Below, in pieces: positions 31,952-42,965 of a stretch of 64,000 nt of DNA (positions are counted from its first letter, which is position 1; every line of letters starts with the position of its first letter). A program made the translations under genes and the position numbers. The DNA lies in contig CAVOHZ010000010.1 in assembly GCA_963695855.1 (NCBI GenBank), positions 192,001 through 256,000 of the forward strand, read 5' to 3'. This DNA comes from an uncultured Nitrososphaerales archaeon. GTDB lineage: Archaea; Thermoproteota; Nitrososphaeria; Nitrososphaerales; Nitrososphaeraceae. Below the pieces are notes generated by a model, which was not told where the DNA came from, made no database searches, and saw only the letters and a program-made list of their open reading frames with translations.

Positions 31952-33109
31952 CCTAGATATGCTCAAACCTGAATAGTATTATCTTCTGTTATCCTATACA
32001 TATTACTAGTTCTAAAAAAGTTAAATCCTGGAACTGATATTTATCGATAGTTGTTTTCACGGAGATTCCGTAATCTGGGACCTGGGATTATTACAGGTGC
32101 TGCCGATGATGACCCATCTGGAATAGCAACTTATTCCCAAGCAGGAGCTCAATTTGGACTTGGTTTAGTTTGGACTCCTATTTTCTTTCTTCCATTGTTA
32201 TTTGCCATCCAGGAAATATGTGCCAGGATAGGTTTGGTTTCCGGTACTGGTATTATTTCATTAATGAAAAAAACGTATCCTAAAAGACTAATTTATCCAT
32301 TAATATCTTTGCTATCTATCGCAAATACCATTAATTTAGGTGCAGATTTAAACGCTATAGGCGTTTCGGCAAATCTCATAACACCCGTGATACCGACATT
32401 TTTCTTTACTTTGTCATTTACTTTGTTTGTTTTGATTTCAGAAATTTTTATTTCTTATTTGCGGTATGTTAAAATATTAAAGTATCTTACATTATCCTTA
32501 TTTTGTTATTTTATAACAGCCATTATTGTTGGAGGTAATTGGAATCAAGTCATTCTGTCGACTATTACTCCCAATATTGAATTAAATAGAGTTCATAATG
32601 ATGTTTGTGGCATTATGCGGAACAACTTTATCTCCATATCTTTTCTTTTGGCAAACCTCTGAGGAAGCAGAAGAAGATGTAGTTCATAAAAAAATAAAAG
32701 AAATTGGCAGAGGAAAACCAAAAATTTCCAAGCAAGAGATAAAAGCAATGAGAAAGGATATCTTTGTAGGAATGGTATTTGCAGTTTTCATTATGTGGTC
32801 AATTATAGTTACCGCGGCAGGTAGTCTTAACATTCATGATATTACAGATATTCAAACAGCACACGAAGCAGCACAGGCACTAGAACCCCTAGTGCAAACG
32901 TTCCCTAATTCCGGCTTTATTGCGAAAATTATATTTGCAATAGGAATAATTGGAACAGGATTATTAGCTATACCTGTTTTAGCAAGTTCGACTGCTTATG
33001 CATTTTCTGATACTTTTGGATGGAAAGAAGGATTAAGTAAGAAGTTTAAGCAGGCAAAATCGTTCTACCTTACCATTGTGATTTCTACAATTATTGGTTT
33101 GCTTCTTAA

Positions 33110-35149
33110 TGGTTTGTTGCATGATTCACTACTGCTAATCTATTTAGCTAACCTGTTATATTCATATTATGTGTTAAACTGGAGACAATATAATCAATCT
33201 CTTGTTAAGCGTGGAGAAATTATGCTTGGATTTGATATTATAGATAATTGGGATAATGAATTGAAAGAAATGAACAAAGGTAAAGTTGGAGAACCATATC
33301 ACTATCCCAACTCATTTCTCTTATTACTTGGATATGCAAGAGTGTATTTTCATCTTCCATTCAGGCAGACTGAAGGTATAGTAAGAGCTCATGCTGAAAA
33401 TAAAATCCCATCAATTCCTGACTATAGTACTATAGATAGGAGAATAAACAAACTGTGGTTTGTTGCATAACTCGTTTAACCAATCGTTCTCATTATTATA
33501 TAATTGATAATTATGTAACAGTTATACTTTGAAACCAGTTATACAACGATGCTTTCAACATTATCTCTCTTATCATGTTCTCTAACCTGATAGCAGTAAC
33601 ATATTCACCAAACATTCTCTTCATAGAGGAAAAAACAGATTCTACCATCCATCTTTGTCCATAGCGTACACTATCTTTCCATTCTTGCAAATCATTCTTC
33701 TGCATTTTCACCATCTTGTTTCTAAGGTAATGATTGGTCTTTCTGCATCTAGAATTCTTTCTTACCTTTATTGCTGGTTGTATGCCTTTAAATGATAGAA
33801 ACTGAAAGATCTTGTTGCTATCATAGGAACCATCCATGATAGCAGTATCTATTACCTTATTCTGTTTTATTGCTATATAATCAACCAATTTTGGAAGTAC
33901 TTTTACATCATGTACTTCTTCACTAGTAACATCTAATGATAGAATTCTCTTCTTTTTTATATCGACTGCTAAAGGTATCTTTAGATATCCTCTTTTTACA
34001 TTCCACTTGTGTCTAATCCATTCACCCCCTCTTAGATACCTTTATACCGGTAGAATCAATTGCAATAACAAAATTATCATCATGCAAGTTAGATTTGGTT
34101 ATATCATCAGAAATCTTGATATCCAGTCTATTTATTCTTCTGCTAATGTTACTATAATCTGGAATTGATGGCAAAGTGTTTGAAGCATGTTCTCTAACTA
34201 CTCCTTCAGTTTGTCTGTAAGGTAAGTGAAAATATGCTCTCATGTATCCCAATAACTTGACAAATGAATCTGGATATACGAATTTCCTACCTTCCTTTTC
34301 CTTATTCATCTTCTCTAGTTCAGTATTCCAGTTATCTATAACATCAAAATCCAGTAATACCTCACCACGTTTAACAAGAGATTCGTTGTAATTTCTCCAG
34401 TTCACATAATATGACTAGAATTGGTTAGCTAAATGTGTTGAAAAGAACAAGTTGTGCAACAAGGCACAAACTGGATATTCATGTTAACAACAACAAATTA
34501 GGAGGTAATGATGTTATTATAGCAATTGATTCTACAGGAATAAAGATAACAAATAGAGGAGAGTGGATGCGTCATAAGTGGCACTGTAAAAGTAGGAAAG
34601 GATACCTCAAGATTCATGTAGCAGTAGATATAAGCGGTAGAAAAAAGAATGAGAAGAAAGCAAAGATTCTATCTCTAAACGTTACTACAGAAAAAGTACA
34701 TGATTCAAAAGTATTACCTATACTGGTACATGATATAGTCAGAAAACAGAATATCGATGTAAATACTGTGATAGCAGATGGTTCATACGATAACAACAAG
34801 ATATTCCAATTTCTTTCATTCAACAATATTAAACCAGCAATAAAGGTAAGAAAGAATGCTAGAATCAGAAATGACAATCACTATAAAAGAAATCTTGCAG
34901 CAGTGGAACAGAAAACTGATTTTAATAAATGGAAGAATAGCGTTAGCTATGGCAAGAGATGGGTTGTAGAATCTGTTTTTTCCTCTATGAAGAGAATGTT
35001 TGGTGAATATGTTACTGCTATCAGGTTAGAGAACATGATAAAAGAGATAATGTTGAAAGCATCATTATACAATTTGTTTATATCCACAACATAAAAGACT
35101 ACAACCAGAGAATTATTATCAATAAATTAATGAATCATGCAACAGAGCA
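33110..35149 (+). mobile_element. Outer IS5-family (IS903-like) element; transposase about 33171-35094 split by the inner IS
   Basis: IRs TGGTTTGTTGCATGATTCA / TGAATCATGCAACAGAGCA; TSD CTTCTTAA(T) at 33102 and 35150; NWRQYNQSLVKRGE, AIDSTGIK, ADGSYD, YGKRWVVES. Confidence 0.9.
33456..34466 (-). mobile_element. Inner IS5-family (IS903-like) element, opposite orientation, frameshifted at a G-run near 34025
   Basis: IRs TGGTTTGTTGCATAACTCG / CAAGTTGTGCAACAAGGCA; TSD (A)CAAACTG on both sides; ORFs 34022-34405 and 33511-33888. Confidence 0.9.
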
Positions 35150-35410
35150 CTTCTTAATTTCAGTGGAATGGAACCGATAAAAGCATTGATATATGCTGCT
35201 ATAATAAATGGAGTAATTTCTATTCCTATACTAGTTATCATAATGAAAATATCAAATGATAAAAAATTACTTGGTCAAAATGTAAATGGAAAAATTTCTA
35301 ATACTATTGGTGTCATAACTATAATTATAATGACAATTCCAGTTATTTTTATGATATTAACATCAATTTAATTATATTCTGGAATTTCTTCGATTGTCTT
35401 CAAATCATCT

Positions 35411-35458
35411 AGATATTTGGAATATTATTGAAAAAGATATTTGGAATATTATTGAAAA
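35411..35458. repeat. Perfect 24-bp tandem duplication (AGATATTTGGAATATTATTGAAAA x2) within an unassigned decayed ORF
   Basis: 35411-35434 equals 35435-35458. Confidence 0.85.
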
Positions 35459-36022
35459 CAAGACATTCGCATTCTCCCTTTTCTGGCAAAATAATATCTT
35501 CTGTAATATCCTAATTTGGTTTTCTTATGTTATCAGAGAGGAACCAAGATATTCCTTTCCACATTTTTTAAAATTATACACTAAAATTTTTTTGTGAAGT
35601 CTACCTATATTTCCCAAGAATAAAGGTGTTACTCCTAGGCTGGATTTTGATTCTTCATATTCTGTTATATATGCAAAAGCATAACCTCCTGCACCTAATA
35701 GCTTCTTCGAAATCTTCACTTCTGTGCAAATGTATTAACTATTCATAAATAATAAATTGTAAGATTAACCTTTAAGTGAATAATTATCCAAATACGAGAT
35801 AGTAATAGAAAATTTACACAAAAGATTTTGTTATGACTTCTGATGACAGTTTTAATAAAGTCATAATACTTGCTCAATATTTCGATAATTCACTGTTGTG
35901 CACTTTAAATAATTTTTTTATCTTTTATTTTAATCATTAAAAAATTACTTACCAGAAGTTATTACCATTAGTTGAATAAGTTATTCTAGAATCAAAGAAA
36001 AAAAATATTTAAGAGGAAAAAT

Positions 36023-36853
36023 TTAAGGACTAGTCTTCATCGTGAACGAACCTTTGATTGGAGCTTCTACTGGTTTATAGTCAACTGATACTACTTCTAC
36101 ACTTATTGGATAAGAAGAACCCTTTTTAAAATCTGATTGGACATGATATGCTCCTGTACTGCTAAAATCTGGTCCATGAGAAAAGGTTTCATTACCCATG
36201 CCAGAAACTAACTCTAGAGGAAGTGACTCACCCGAGGTAGTGAATAGCTTGGATAATAATGTTTTATTATTATTTTCACCTTCACTAATAGTTACATTGT
36301 AAGTAATTGGAGTATTTCTGTCTAATGGAACTGTCTTTGGACTGATATCCATTAATACGCGTGGATTACTCGAAATATCCCATATGGCACCTGAGCCTAA
36401 AGCTATATCAAAACTCCCACCAGTAAATAAGGCATCGCTTACAGATACTGTAGCCACTCTCCATGGATGAATAATACAATGATATAGGAATTCACCAGGT
36501 TGTCTAAATGTATATTGAAAGAATGAGTTAGCTGTAGCCGGCATTATGCCTGAATTAAAGACCGAACCTTCATCGGCAGCTCCTGGTTGTCCACTCGTTA
36601 CTGTATGAGGTTGTTCGAAGTCATTGTTAAACCAGCCTACAGTAGTACCCGCAGGTACGGCTATTTGTGGAGGATAATAATGATATATGTTCTCTTTTTG
36701 AGCAGCACCAGGAACTATGCTCACTGCATAAGTAGCACCAATATTTTGTAATGTAGCCATACTGCCACGTTGAGCAAAGATTTCAGTAGCCGATATTTGT
36801 ATTGTTAGAGCTAACACTATTGGCAATAACAAAATAATATATTTAGTTGCCAT
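36023..36853 (-). CDS. Secreted cupredoxin (plastocyanin/azurin-like) protein
   Basis: Signal peptide; GTTVGWFNND..PHTVTSG, FNSG, YHCIIHPW type-1 copper motif (no axial Met). Confidence 0.88.
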   Translation of the reverse strand: MATKYIILLLPIVLALTIQISATEIFAQRGSMATLQNIGATYAVSIVPGAAQKENIYHYYPPQIAVPAGTTVGWFNNDFEQPHTVTSGQPGAADEGSVFNSGIMPATANSFFQYTFRQPGEFLYHCIIHPWRVATVSVSDALFTGGSFDIALGSGAIWDISSNPRVLMDISPKTVPLDRNTPITYNVTISEGENNNKTLLSKLFTTSGESLPLELVSGMGNETFSHGPDFSSTGAYHVQSDFKKGSSYPISVEVVSVDYKPVEAPIKGSFTMKTSP

Positions 36854-37043
36854 ACCAATTACTCACAGGATATAGGATTTAAGCATATCTATAAAGTTTC
36901 GATTTTTAATAAGCTTATTAATTATTTAACTGGTTATCATTATGGAAAAATAACAACTGATGACAACTTTTATAAATTAATATGTTTATCATAAGTTTTG
37001 ATTGTAATGCTTTTTTTATGTATCCCTGTCTTGCACTAATTAC

Positions 37044-38113
37044 TATACTTCCTAACATTAATTCATAGACCTTAACATGTACTTTACAATATCCAGATTG
37101 AATCTTGTAGTTCTATAATAACAACAAATATTGTGTTTTAGATCTGCAAACATGGTATAATAAGTAGAGAGCATATGATACTTTCCCTGTCTCCAGCATT
37201 CTTCTACTGCATTAAACTCTGGACAACCAACTGGAAAATATTCCACTCTGATGGTATCCTTATTTGCATCAAGAAATCTTCTGGTAATTTTGGAACAGTG
37301 AGGAGTTGCTCTATCAACAAATATGACTATTTTACCAAATCTTTCTTTCTGTACGTGTTTTAGGTAGTCAATAAACGTCTTGCTGTTAAATCCATCGTAT
37401 TGTTTGAATAATTGTTTACCATCCATTGATAGACAGCCAAAGACAATTGTTCTTTTACGAGAACCTGTTACAGTTACTATTGGTCTTTTTTCTGCGGAAA
37501 TCCATTTCTTTCTTTTAAAAATATAATCATAAACAAATATTGATTCATCCTGTACCAGAATATTACAACCTGATTTTAAACTGAATAGAATCTGTTTTAC
37601 TCTTTTTTAAATTTCTTTTTCTCCTTTGCTGAGGCAGTATTTACAAATCTTTTCTGTGGTACTTTAGACTTGAAGCCCGACTTGTGTAATAATCTGTAAA
37701 TATGTACTTCATGGTATCTTACTCCAGTTTTCTTGTAAATAAGATCCATTACCTGTCTGAAATCCCATCCTGTATTACTATCTGCTAATTCTTTTCTTAT
37801 CTTTACCATTACATCTTTTGATACATCTGGCGGTCTACCAGTTTTTGCTTTGTTTTTTAACCCTTCCAGTCCATTGTCATTATATCTCTTGTACCACTTG
37901 TATGCCCACGCTCTACATCTATGCAATTCTTTTGCTACATTTACGATATGTTGATTGTCTTCTACTATACGTCTAACAAGAAGTATTCTTTCTTTTACAT
38001 CTGGATTGGATTCTTCTTTGTATACCTTATCTAATTTAGTAAAATGCAAATGTAATATGTATCAAAAGACCGTTAGCTAAAAATGTATCTACGATGTTTG
38101 GTTAGTTAGTATA
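37044..38113 (-). mobile_element. IS630-family element (two ORFs, TTTAAAAAAG slippery site; extra frameshift near 37565)
   Basis: HTH ORF 37597-38049 ending FVNTAS..KKFKKE; DDE part QDES...DRATPH...PEFNAVEECW; ends TATACTTCCTAAC / GTTAGTTAGTATA. Confidence 0.85.
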
Positions 38114-38239
38114 CCATAGCTCAAGTAGATAACCTATTCTGGGAATATTATGCAGGAGGTTAGAAGAAATATAATTATTCACTACTTAAGAGAGTAGAAC
38201 TATTCCTTGGTTTTGATGCTATTAATAACTTTTTTAATA

Positions 38240-38302
38240 TTGTTGCCCGCTATAACAAATACTATTAATCTACATGCAGATTTAAACGCTATAGACGTTT
38301 CA
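38240..38302 (+). pseudogene. Short relic of a second NRAMP/mntH copy
   Basis: Encodes LPAITNTINLHADLNAIDVS versus LLSIANTINLGADLNAIGVS in the gene at 32051; shares TGCAGATTTAAACGCTATAG. Confidence 0.65.
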
Positions 38303-38318
38303 AAAAAGAGATTTAATA

Positions 38319-40847
38319 TTACATTTTTACCAATCTATAAAAGATCCATTTTGTTATTTCAGCCATAAGTACATACGCTAGTACAATTATTCCTATACTC
38401 AGATAGAATGTTAACGGGATAACAACAAATCCAAATATTGCACCAATAGGAGTAAGTGGAATAGCAAGTACAAAAATATTAACTATTAAAGTTGTAATTA
38501 ACAAAAATTTTCCAGGGGTACTTCTGATTAATGGTTTTTTACTTCTGATAATTAAAACTACAAGTGAAGCCGAAATAACGGATTCCATAAACCATGTTGT
38601 TCTAAATTGTTCTATGTTTGCGTGTAAAATATTTAGGATTACAATAAAGGTCAGAAAATCAAAAATAGTACTTAAAAAACCAAATACAAGCATGAATTTA
38701 CGAATAAATTTAAGATCCCAATGCCTGGGAACTTCTAATATTTCTTTGTCTACATTATCTGTGGATATTGTCATTTCTGGAAAATCTGTCATCAAGTTGG
38801 TAAGAAGTATCTGTTTTGGTAAAAGTGGAAGGAATGTTAGAAATAACGATACACCAGCCATACTAAACATATTTCCGAAATTAGCACTCGTTGCCATGAA
38901 AACATACTTCATTGTATTTGCAAAGGTTCTACGTCCTTCCATTATCCCATCTACCAAAACGTTAATGTTTTTTTCAAGCAAGATAATGTCTGCTGTTTCT
39001 TTGAGGACGTCAGCAGATTTATCAACAGAGATTCCAACGTCTGCTGAATGAATCGCGGCTGCATCATTTACTCCATCACCTAGATAACCTACTACATCAC
39101 CGGATTTCTTTAATGCCAAAATTATTTGTTCCTTTTGAGCAGGTTCAATTTCTGCGAAGATGTTCACTTTGCTCACTTTTCTTGTTAGTGATTCAGGCGT
39201 CATATGTGAGATCTCTGAACCTGTCAAGATTTCAGATTTTGATATTAGGCCAACCTGTTCACCAAGGTGAGAAGTAACATAAACATTGTCTCCACTAATT
39301 ATTTTTAGTGAAACTTTTAATTTTTTAAGTTTTTTTATGGATTCTATTATACCTGGTTTTATTGGATCAAAGAATACTAGAAATCCCAAAAAAATCAAGT
39401 CTCTTTCATAATCTTTATTAATTATTGAAGTATTCATATCATTACGATAGGCCAGACCAATTACTCGAAAACCTTGCAAACTTAATTCTTGAAATTGATT
39501 TTGCAATGCATTTTTAAGAACAGCTAATTCTATTATTTTTTCACCAGTAACTTCTGCTTTAGAACATATATCAAGGATATTTTTTACAGCACCTTTTGTT
39601 ATCATTATATTTGCAGCATTTTTGTAAGATACCAAAACGCTTATTCGTTTACGAACATAATCGTAAGGAACTTCATCTAACTTTTTATATGCATATAAAT
39701 CGAATCGTTTGTAACTTCTTATCGCATCATCAATTGGATTTATAAAACCACTTTCAAATGACGAATTGAGATAGGCATACAAAAGAACTTTGTCGTTTAC
39801 TCTTCCTTCTGTATCCAGAGCAAATTTAAGGTTGATATTTCCTTCTGTTAAAGTACCTGTTTTATCGGAGCATAATATGTTCATGCTTCCAAGATTTTCT
39901 ATAGATATCAATCTTTTTACAATGACCTTTTTTAAAGCCATTTGTTTTGCGCCATGAGACAAATTAATACTAATAATTGCAGGAAGAAGTTGCGGAGTCA
40001 GGCCGATAGACAAGGCAAGGGCAAAAAGAAATGAATCCAATACAGGACGTTCAAAGTAGACATTAATCAAGAAAATGGATGAAACCAACAATATGGTAAC
40101 TTCAACCAAAAGGAAACTAAATTTTCTTACTCCGTGTTCGAATTCTGTTTCAGGTGGCTTTGTTTTGATGTGTTGAGAAATTTTACCTATTTCAGATCTT
40201 TTGCCAGTATTTACAACTACTGCGTTTACAATCCCGCTAACAATTTGTGTATCCATAAAAACACAATTTGTTCTTTTATGCAATGGTGTTTCTAGAGGTA
40301 ATATTTCTTGTGACTTTTCAACTGGATAACTTTCCCCCGTAAGTGTTGACTCATTAACAAAAAGATCCTTAGATTCAACAATAATGCAATCTGCAGGTAT
40401 TCCACTCCCTGCATTAAGAACAACCAAATCTCCAGGTACAATTTGCCTAGTAGAGATAGTTAATTTGTTTCCATCTCGTATTACACTAGTCTTTAATTGT
40501 ACCATTTCTAATAATTTTTTTATTATATTGGATGCCCTTCTTTCTTGTAAAAATCCAAGTACAGTACTTATGAATATAATGATGAAAATTATTATTGCAT
40601 CGTTAAAATTTCCAAGAAACAGTGATAAGCCTGTAGCAAATATTAATAACAAGATGATAGAATTTTTAAATTGAGACAATAACAAACGAAATGTTCCTGT
40701 TTTATTATTTGAATCAATGATATTTGGACCGTAAATTTCTAGTCTAGACAGGGCCTCTCCTGAACTCAATCCATTACTACCAGTTTCAAGATTGTCGAAA
40801 ATCTCGTTTGTTGTTAATGACCAGAATTTATCTTCGATTTTATGCAT
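38319..40847 (-). CDS. mgtA: Mg2+-transporting P-type ATPase (type IIIB)
   Basis: LTGES, LTPQLLP, CSDKTGTLT, KGA, FFDP, GDGVND, SANFGNMFS, TWFMES. Confidence 0.92.
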   Translation of the reverse strand: MHKIEDKFWSLTTNEIFDNLETGSNGLSSGEALSRLEIYGPNIIDSNNKTGTFRLLLSQFKNSIILLLIFATGLSLFLGNFNDAIIIFIIIFISTVLGFLQERRASNIIKKLLEMVQLKTSVIRDGNKLTISTRQIVPGDLVVLNAGSGIPADCIIVESKDLFVNESTLTGESYPVEKSQEILPLETPLHKRTNCVFMDTQIVSGIVNAVVVNTGKRSEIGKISQHIKTKPPETEFEHGVRKFSFLLVEVTILLVSSIFLINVYFERPVLDSFLFALALSIGLTPQLLPAIISINLSHGAKQMALKKVIVKRLISIENLGSMNILCSDKTGTLTEGNINLKFALDTEGRVNDKVLLYAYLNSSFESGFINPIDDAIRSYKRFDLYAYKKLDEVPYDYVRKRISVLVSYKNAANIMITKGAVKNILDICSKAEVTGEKIIELAVLKNALQNQFQELSLQGFRVIGLAYRNDMNTSIINKDYERDLIFLGFLVFFDPIKPGIIESIKKLKKLKVSLKIISGDNVYVTSHLGEQVGLISKSEILTGSEISHMTPESLTRKVSKVNIFAEIEPAQKEQIILALKKSGDVVGYLGDGVNDAAAIHSADVGISVDKSADVLKETADIILLEKNINVLVDGIMEGRRTFANTMKYVFMATSANFGNMFSMAGVSLFLTFLPLLPKQILLTNLMTDFPEMTISTDNVDKEILEVPRHWDLKFIRKFMLVFGFLSTIFDFLTFIVILNILHANIEQFRTTWFMESVISASLVVLIIRSKKPLIRSTPGKFLLITTLIVNIFVLAIPLTPIGAIFGFVVIPLTFYLSIGIIVLAYVLMAEITKWIFYRLVKM

Positions 40848-41123
40848 TAGGTAAGAATATATTATAATTGATCTCTTTTAAGATAATCGATAGAGTCTAA
40901 CGGATATTATAATATTAAAATCTCATAGAAAACTTCTCCAAATTATCGATGCCACTATTTTTCCATCTTCTTTTGATTTTTCCAAACAATATTGATGACA
41001 TAAACATGTTATTTCTAGAATTATATGAGATTCGAGGTTATATTGATCTCATTATTGTTTTGAATTAGGCATTTTCATTTTATTTTTACAAAATATATAT
41101 TATTATTAATTCTATTACATGTA

Positions 41124-41588
41124 TTGTCTCGTGAGAATAATGGATTTAAGAGGATACTTGTTCTTGTAGACGGATCAAAATATTCGATAAATGCATTGGA
41201 ATATGCTAGTACAGTATCTAAAGAATATGATTCTGAATTAATAGCATTATACGTTGTACCATCCATAATTAGATATGATGATCTGTTTTTAAGTAAGAGA
41301 AAATACGAAGATATCCCTGCATTCAAAGATATAATTGAACTCTCATACATAGAATCTCATAATTGGTTAAATGAATTAAAAGAAAAAAGTGGTGTTAAAC
41401 TAACAACTGATGTCATTATTGCTAAGAAATCCGTTGTTTCTGAAATAATAGAATATTCAGAACGCAGCAATATAGATTTAATAATTATGGGTACAAGAGG
41501 AAGAACAGGATTGAAAAAATTACTTTTGGGAAGTACAGCTGAAGGGGTTATAACATATGCACATTGTCCTGTATTAGTAGTTAGATAA
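41124..41588 (+). CDS. Universal stress protein (USP) 4
   Basis: ILVLVDGS, DLIIMGTRGRTG..LLLGSTA...HCPVLVVR. Confidence 0.93.
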   Translation: MSRENNGFKRILVLVDGSKYSINALEYASTVSKEYDSELIALYVVPSIIRYDDLFLSKRKYEDIPAFKDIIELSYIESHNWLNELKEKSGVKLTTDVIIAKKSVVSEIIEYSERSNIDLIIMGTRGRTGLKKLLLGSTAEGVITYAHCPVLVVR

Positions 41589-41765
41589 AATTTATGGTAA
41601 AATTGAAATCGTAACTTCTGTCCCTTAACAGTATGCAGATCTAGACAAAATCATTTCGCTCCTAATTAGAAAATTTTGGATCTATTTAATTGAGGAAATA
41701 TTATTACTTTAAGTAGTTTACGTTTCTAAAGTGTCCATTTAGGTACGTACAGGTTATCAAGTGGG

Positions 41766-42770
41766 TTAAAAATATTGTATGTAACCTCTAGCAAGATTAA
41801 AATGTAACATGGCCTCTTTCTCGTGAAAGGTTTTCTCGTGGTTTAAAACTTCATTCGCACGGAAAAGAGAGACCTTGCCTCTAACACAAGCCTTATAACA
41901 CATTATAAAAAAAATCATTTTCCTTGTAATATCGTCCCTGCTTTTTTTTATATAATAATGGATAAAATGGTCACGTAGATCTATACGTTGATGAAAATCA
42001 AAGTCCATGGCAAGGTGTGAAATATCCTCTATGACATCAGCGTATCGTAAAGAATCATTAAATTCTATTCTATCATAAAGATAAATTTTACCACCTACAA
42101 TAAATATATTTTTTAAATATAGATCACCATGAATATCACGAATTCTGGTTTCTTTTATACGTTGATCAAATAAATCAATATTTTTTTCAACAAATGAGTC
42201 CAATTTATATTCAAATATTGGATCTAATTTTATAAGTTGAGAAAGGGTTTTGAAATTTTCATTAATTTTCTTTTTTATAAATTTAGGTCTACCAAATCTA
42301 GAAATATTTTCACTTGTTGTGGCACTGTTATGAAATTTTATAAGTATTTTCGTTAAATACTCTACAGTTTTAATATCTATTTTTCGATACCGAAGTAAAT
42401 TATCCATTCTAAATTTTTGTGGAATTTCTATCATTTTAACAGCGTATTCTATAGGTATTCCGCTGTCTCTAAGATTTACTATTTTATAAATATCATTGTC
42501 ATTAACAATTTTTACTACTTTCTGATACATGCTACCACAAAGGGGTTTATTTAACAAAATTTCCTTGTTACAAAATTTTTTTCTAAGATATAATTTTGAG
42601 AAGTCCAGAATTTGACCAAATTTTACATTTTTCTTTATCTTGTAAGCATAAGAACCTGTTAAAATAACCCAAGAAATATGAGTTTCTAGTATTTTTATCC
42701 TTGATACTTTATGGGGATATGATTTTTTACTTCCTAACTGTAAGATAATATTCTGTTGGTCAGTCTGCAT
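41766..42770 (-). CDS. COG2187 aminoglycoside-phosphotransferase-like protein (no AAA kinase domain)
   Basis: ETHISWVILTG.YAYKIKK, LDFS, HGDLYLKNI, DRIEFNDSLRY.D, LAMD, YKACVRGKV. Confidence 0.85.
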   Translation of the reverse strand: MQTDQQNIILQLGSKKSYPHKVSRIKILETHISWVILTGSYAYKIKKNVKFGQILDFSKLYLRKKFCNKEILLNKPLCGSMYQKVVKIVNDNDIYKIVNLRDSGIPIEYAVKMIEIPQKFRMDNLLRYRKIDIKTVEYLTKILIKFHNSATTSENISRFGRPKFIKKKINENFKTLSQLIKLDPIFEYKLDSFVEKNIDLFDQRIKETRIRDIHGDLYLKNIFIVGGKIYLYDRIEFNDSLRYADVIEDISHLAMDFDFHQRIDLRDHFIHYYIKKSRDDITRKMIFFIMCYKACVRGKVSLFRANEVLNHEKTFHEKEAMLHFNLARGYIQYF

Positions 42771-42965
42771 AGTTTAGCATCGCCTTTGGAATAGCTTCAT
42801 TGTACTTGTTAGATTTATTTATTTTAATAGTTATATGAATTCTCTACAGATTCATAAATTATTGTAATATTATTTTCGATTAAGGAAATTTATTATTATA
42901 AAAGTTAAGGCATTATAACAAATACTTCGAAAATATTAAAAGACATCTACTACAAACAAAATATA

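Larger units (their letters stand above)
32051..35371 (+). pseudogene. mntH: NRAMP/MntH divalent-metal transporter, frameshifted near 32590 and interrupted by nested IS
   Basis: GPGIITGAADDDPSG, GTTLSPY; flanks rejoin in frame as IIGLLLN-FSGMEPIKALIYAAIING after removing the IS and one TSD copy. Confidence 0.88.

Noticed and set aside
32598-33470. Apparent NRAMP-transposase fusion protein
   Set aside because: Chance read-through from the disrupted mntH into the outer IS; TSDs define the junctions
35394-35750. Short ORFs downstream of mntH
   Set aside because: Look like a decayed minus-strand gene with stops, but I could not assign a family
37590-37612. TTTAAAAAAG slippery site in IS630, and the G6 run at 63676 in IS5
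   Set aside because: Two-ORF frameshift organisation is well known for these IS families
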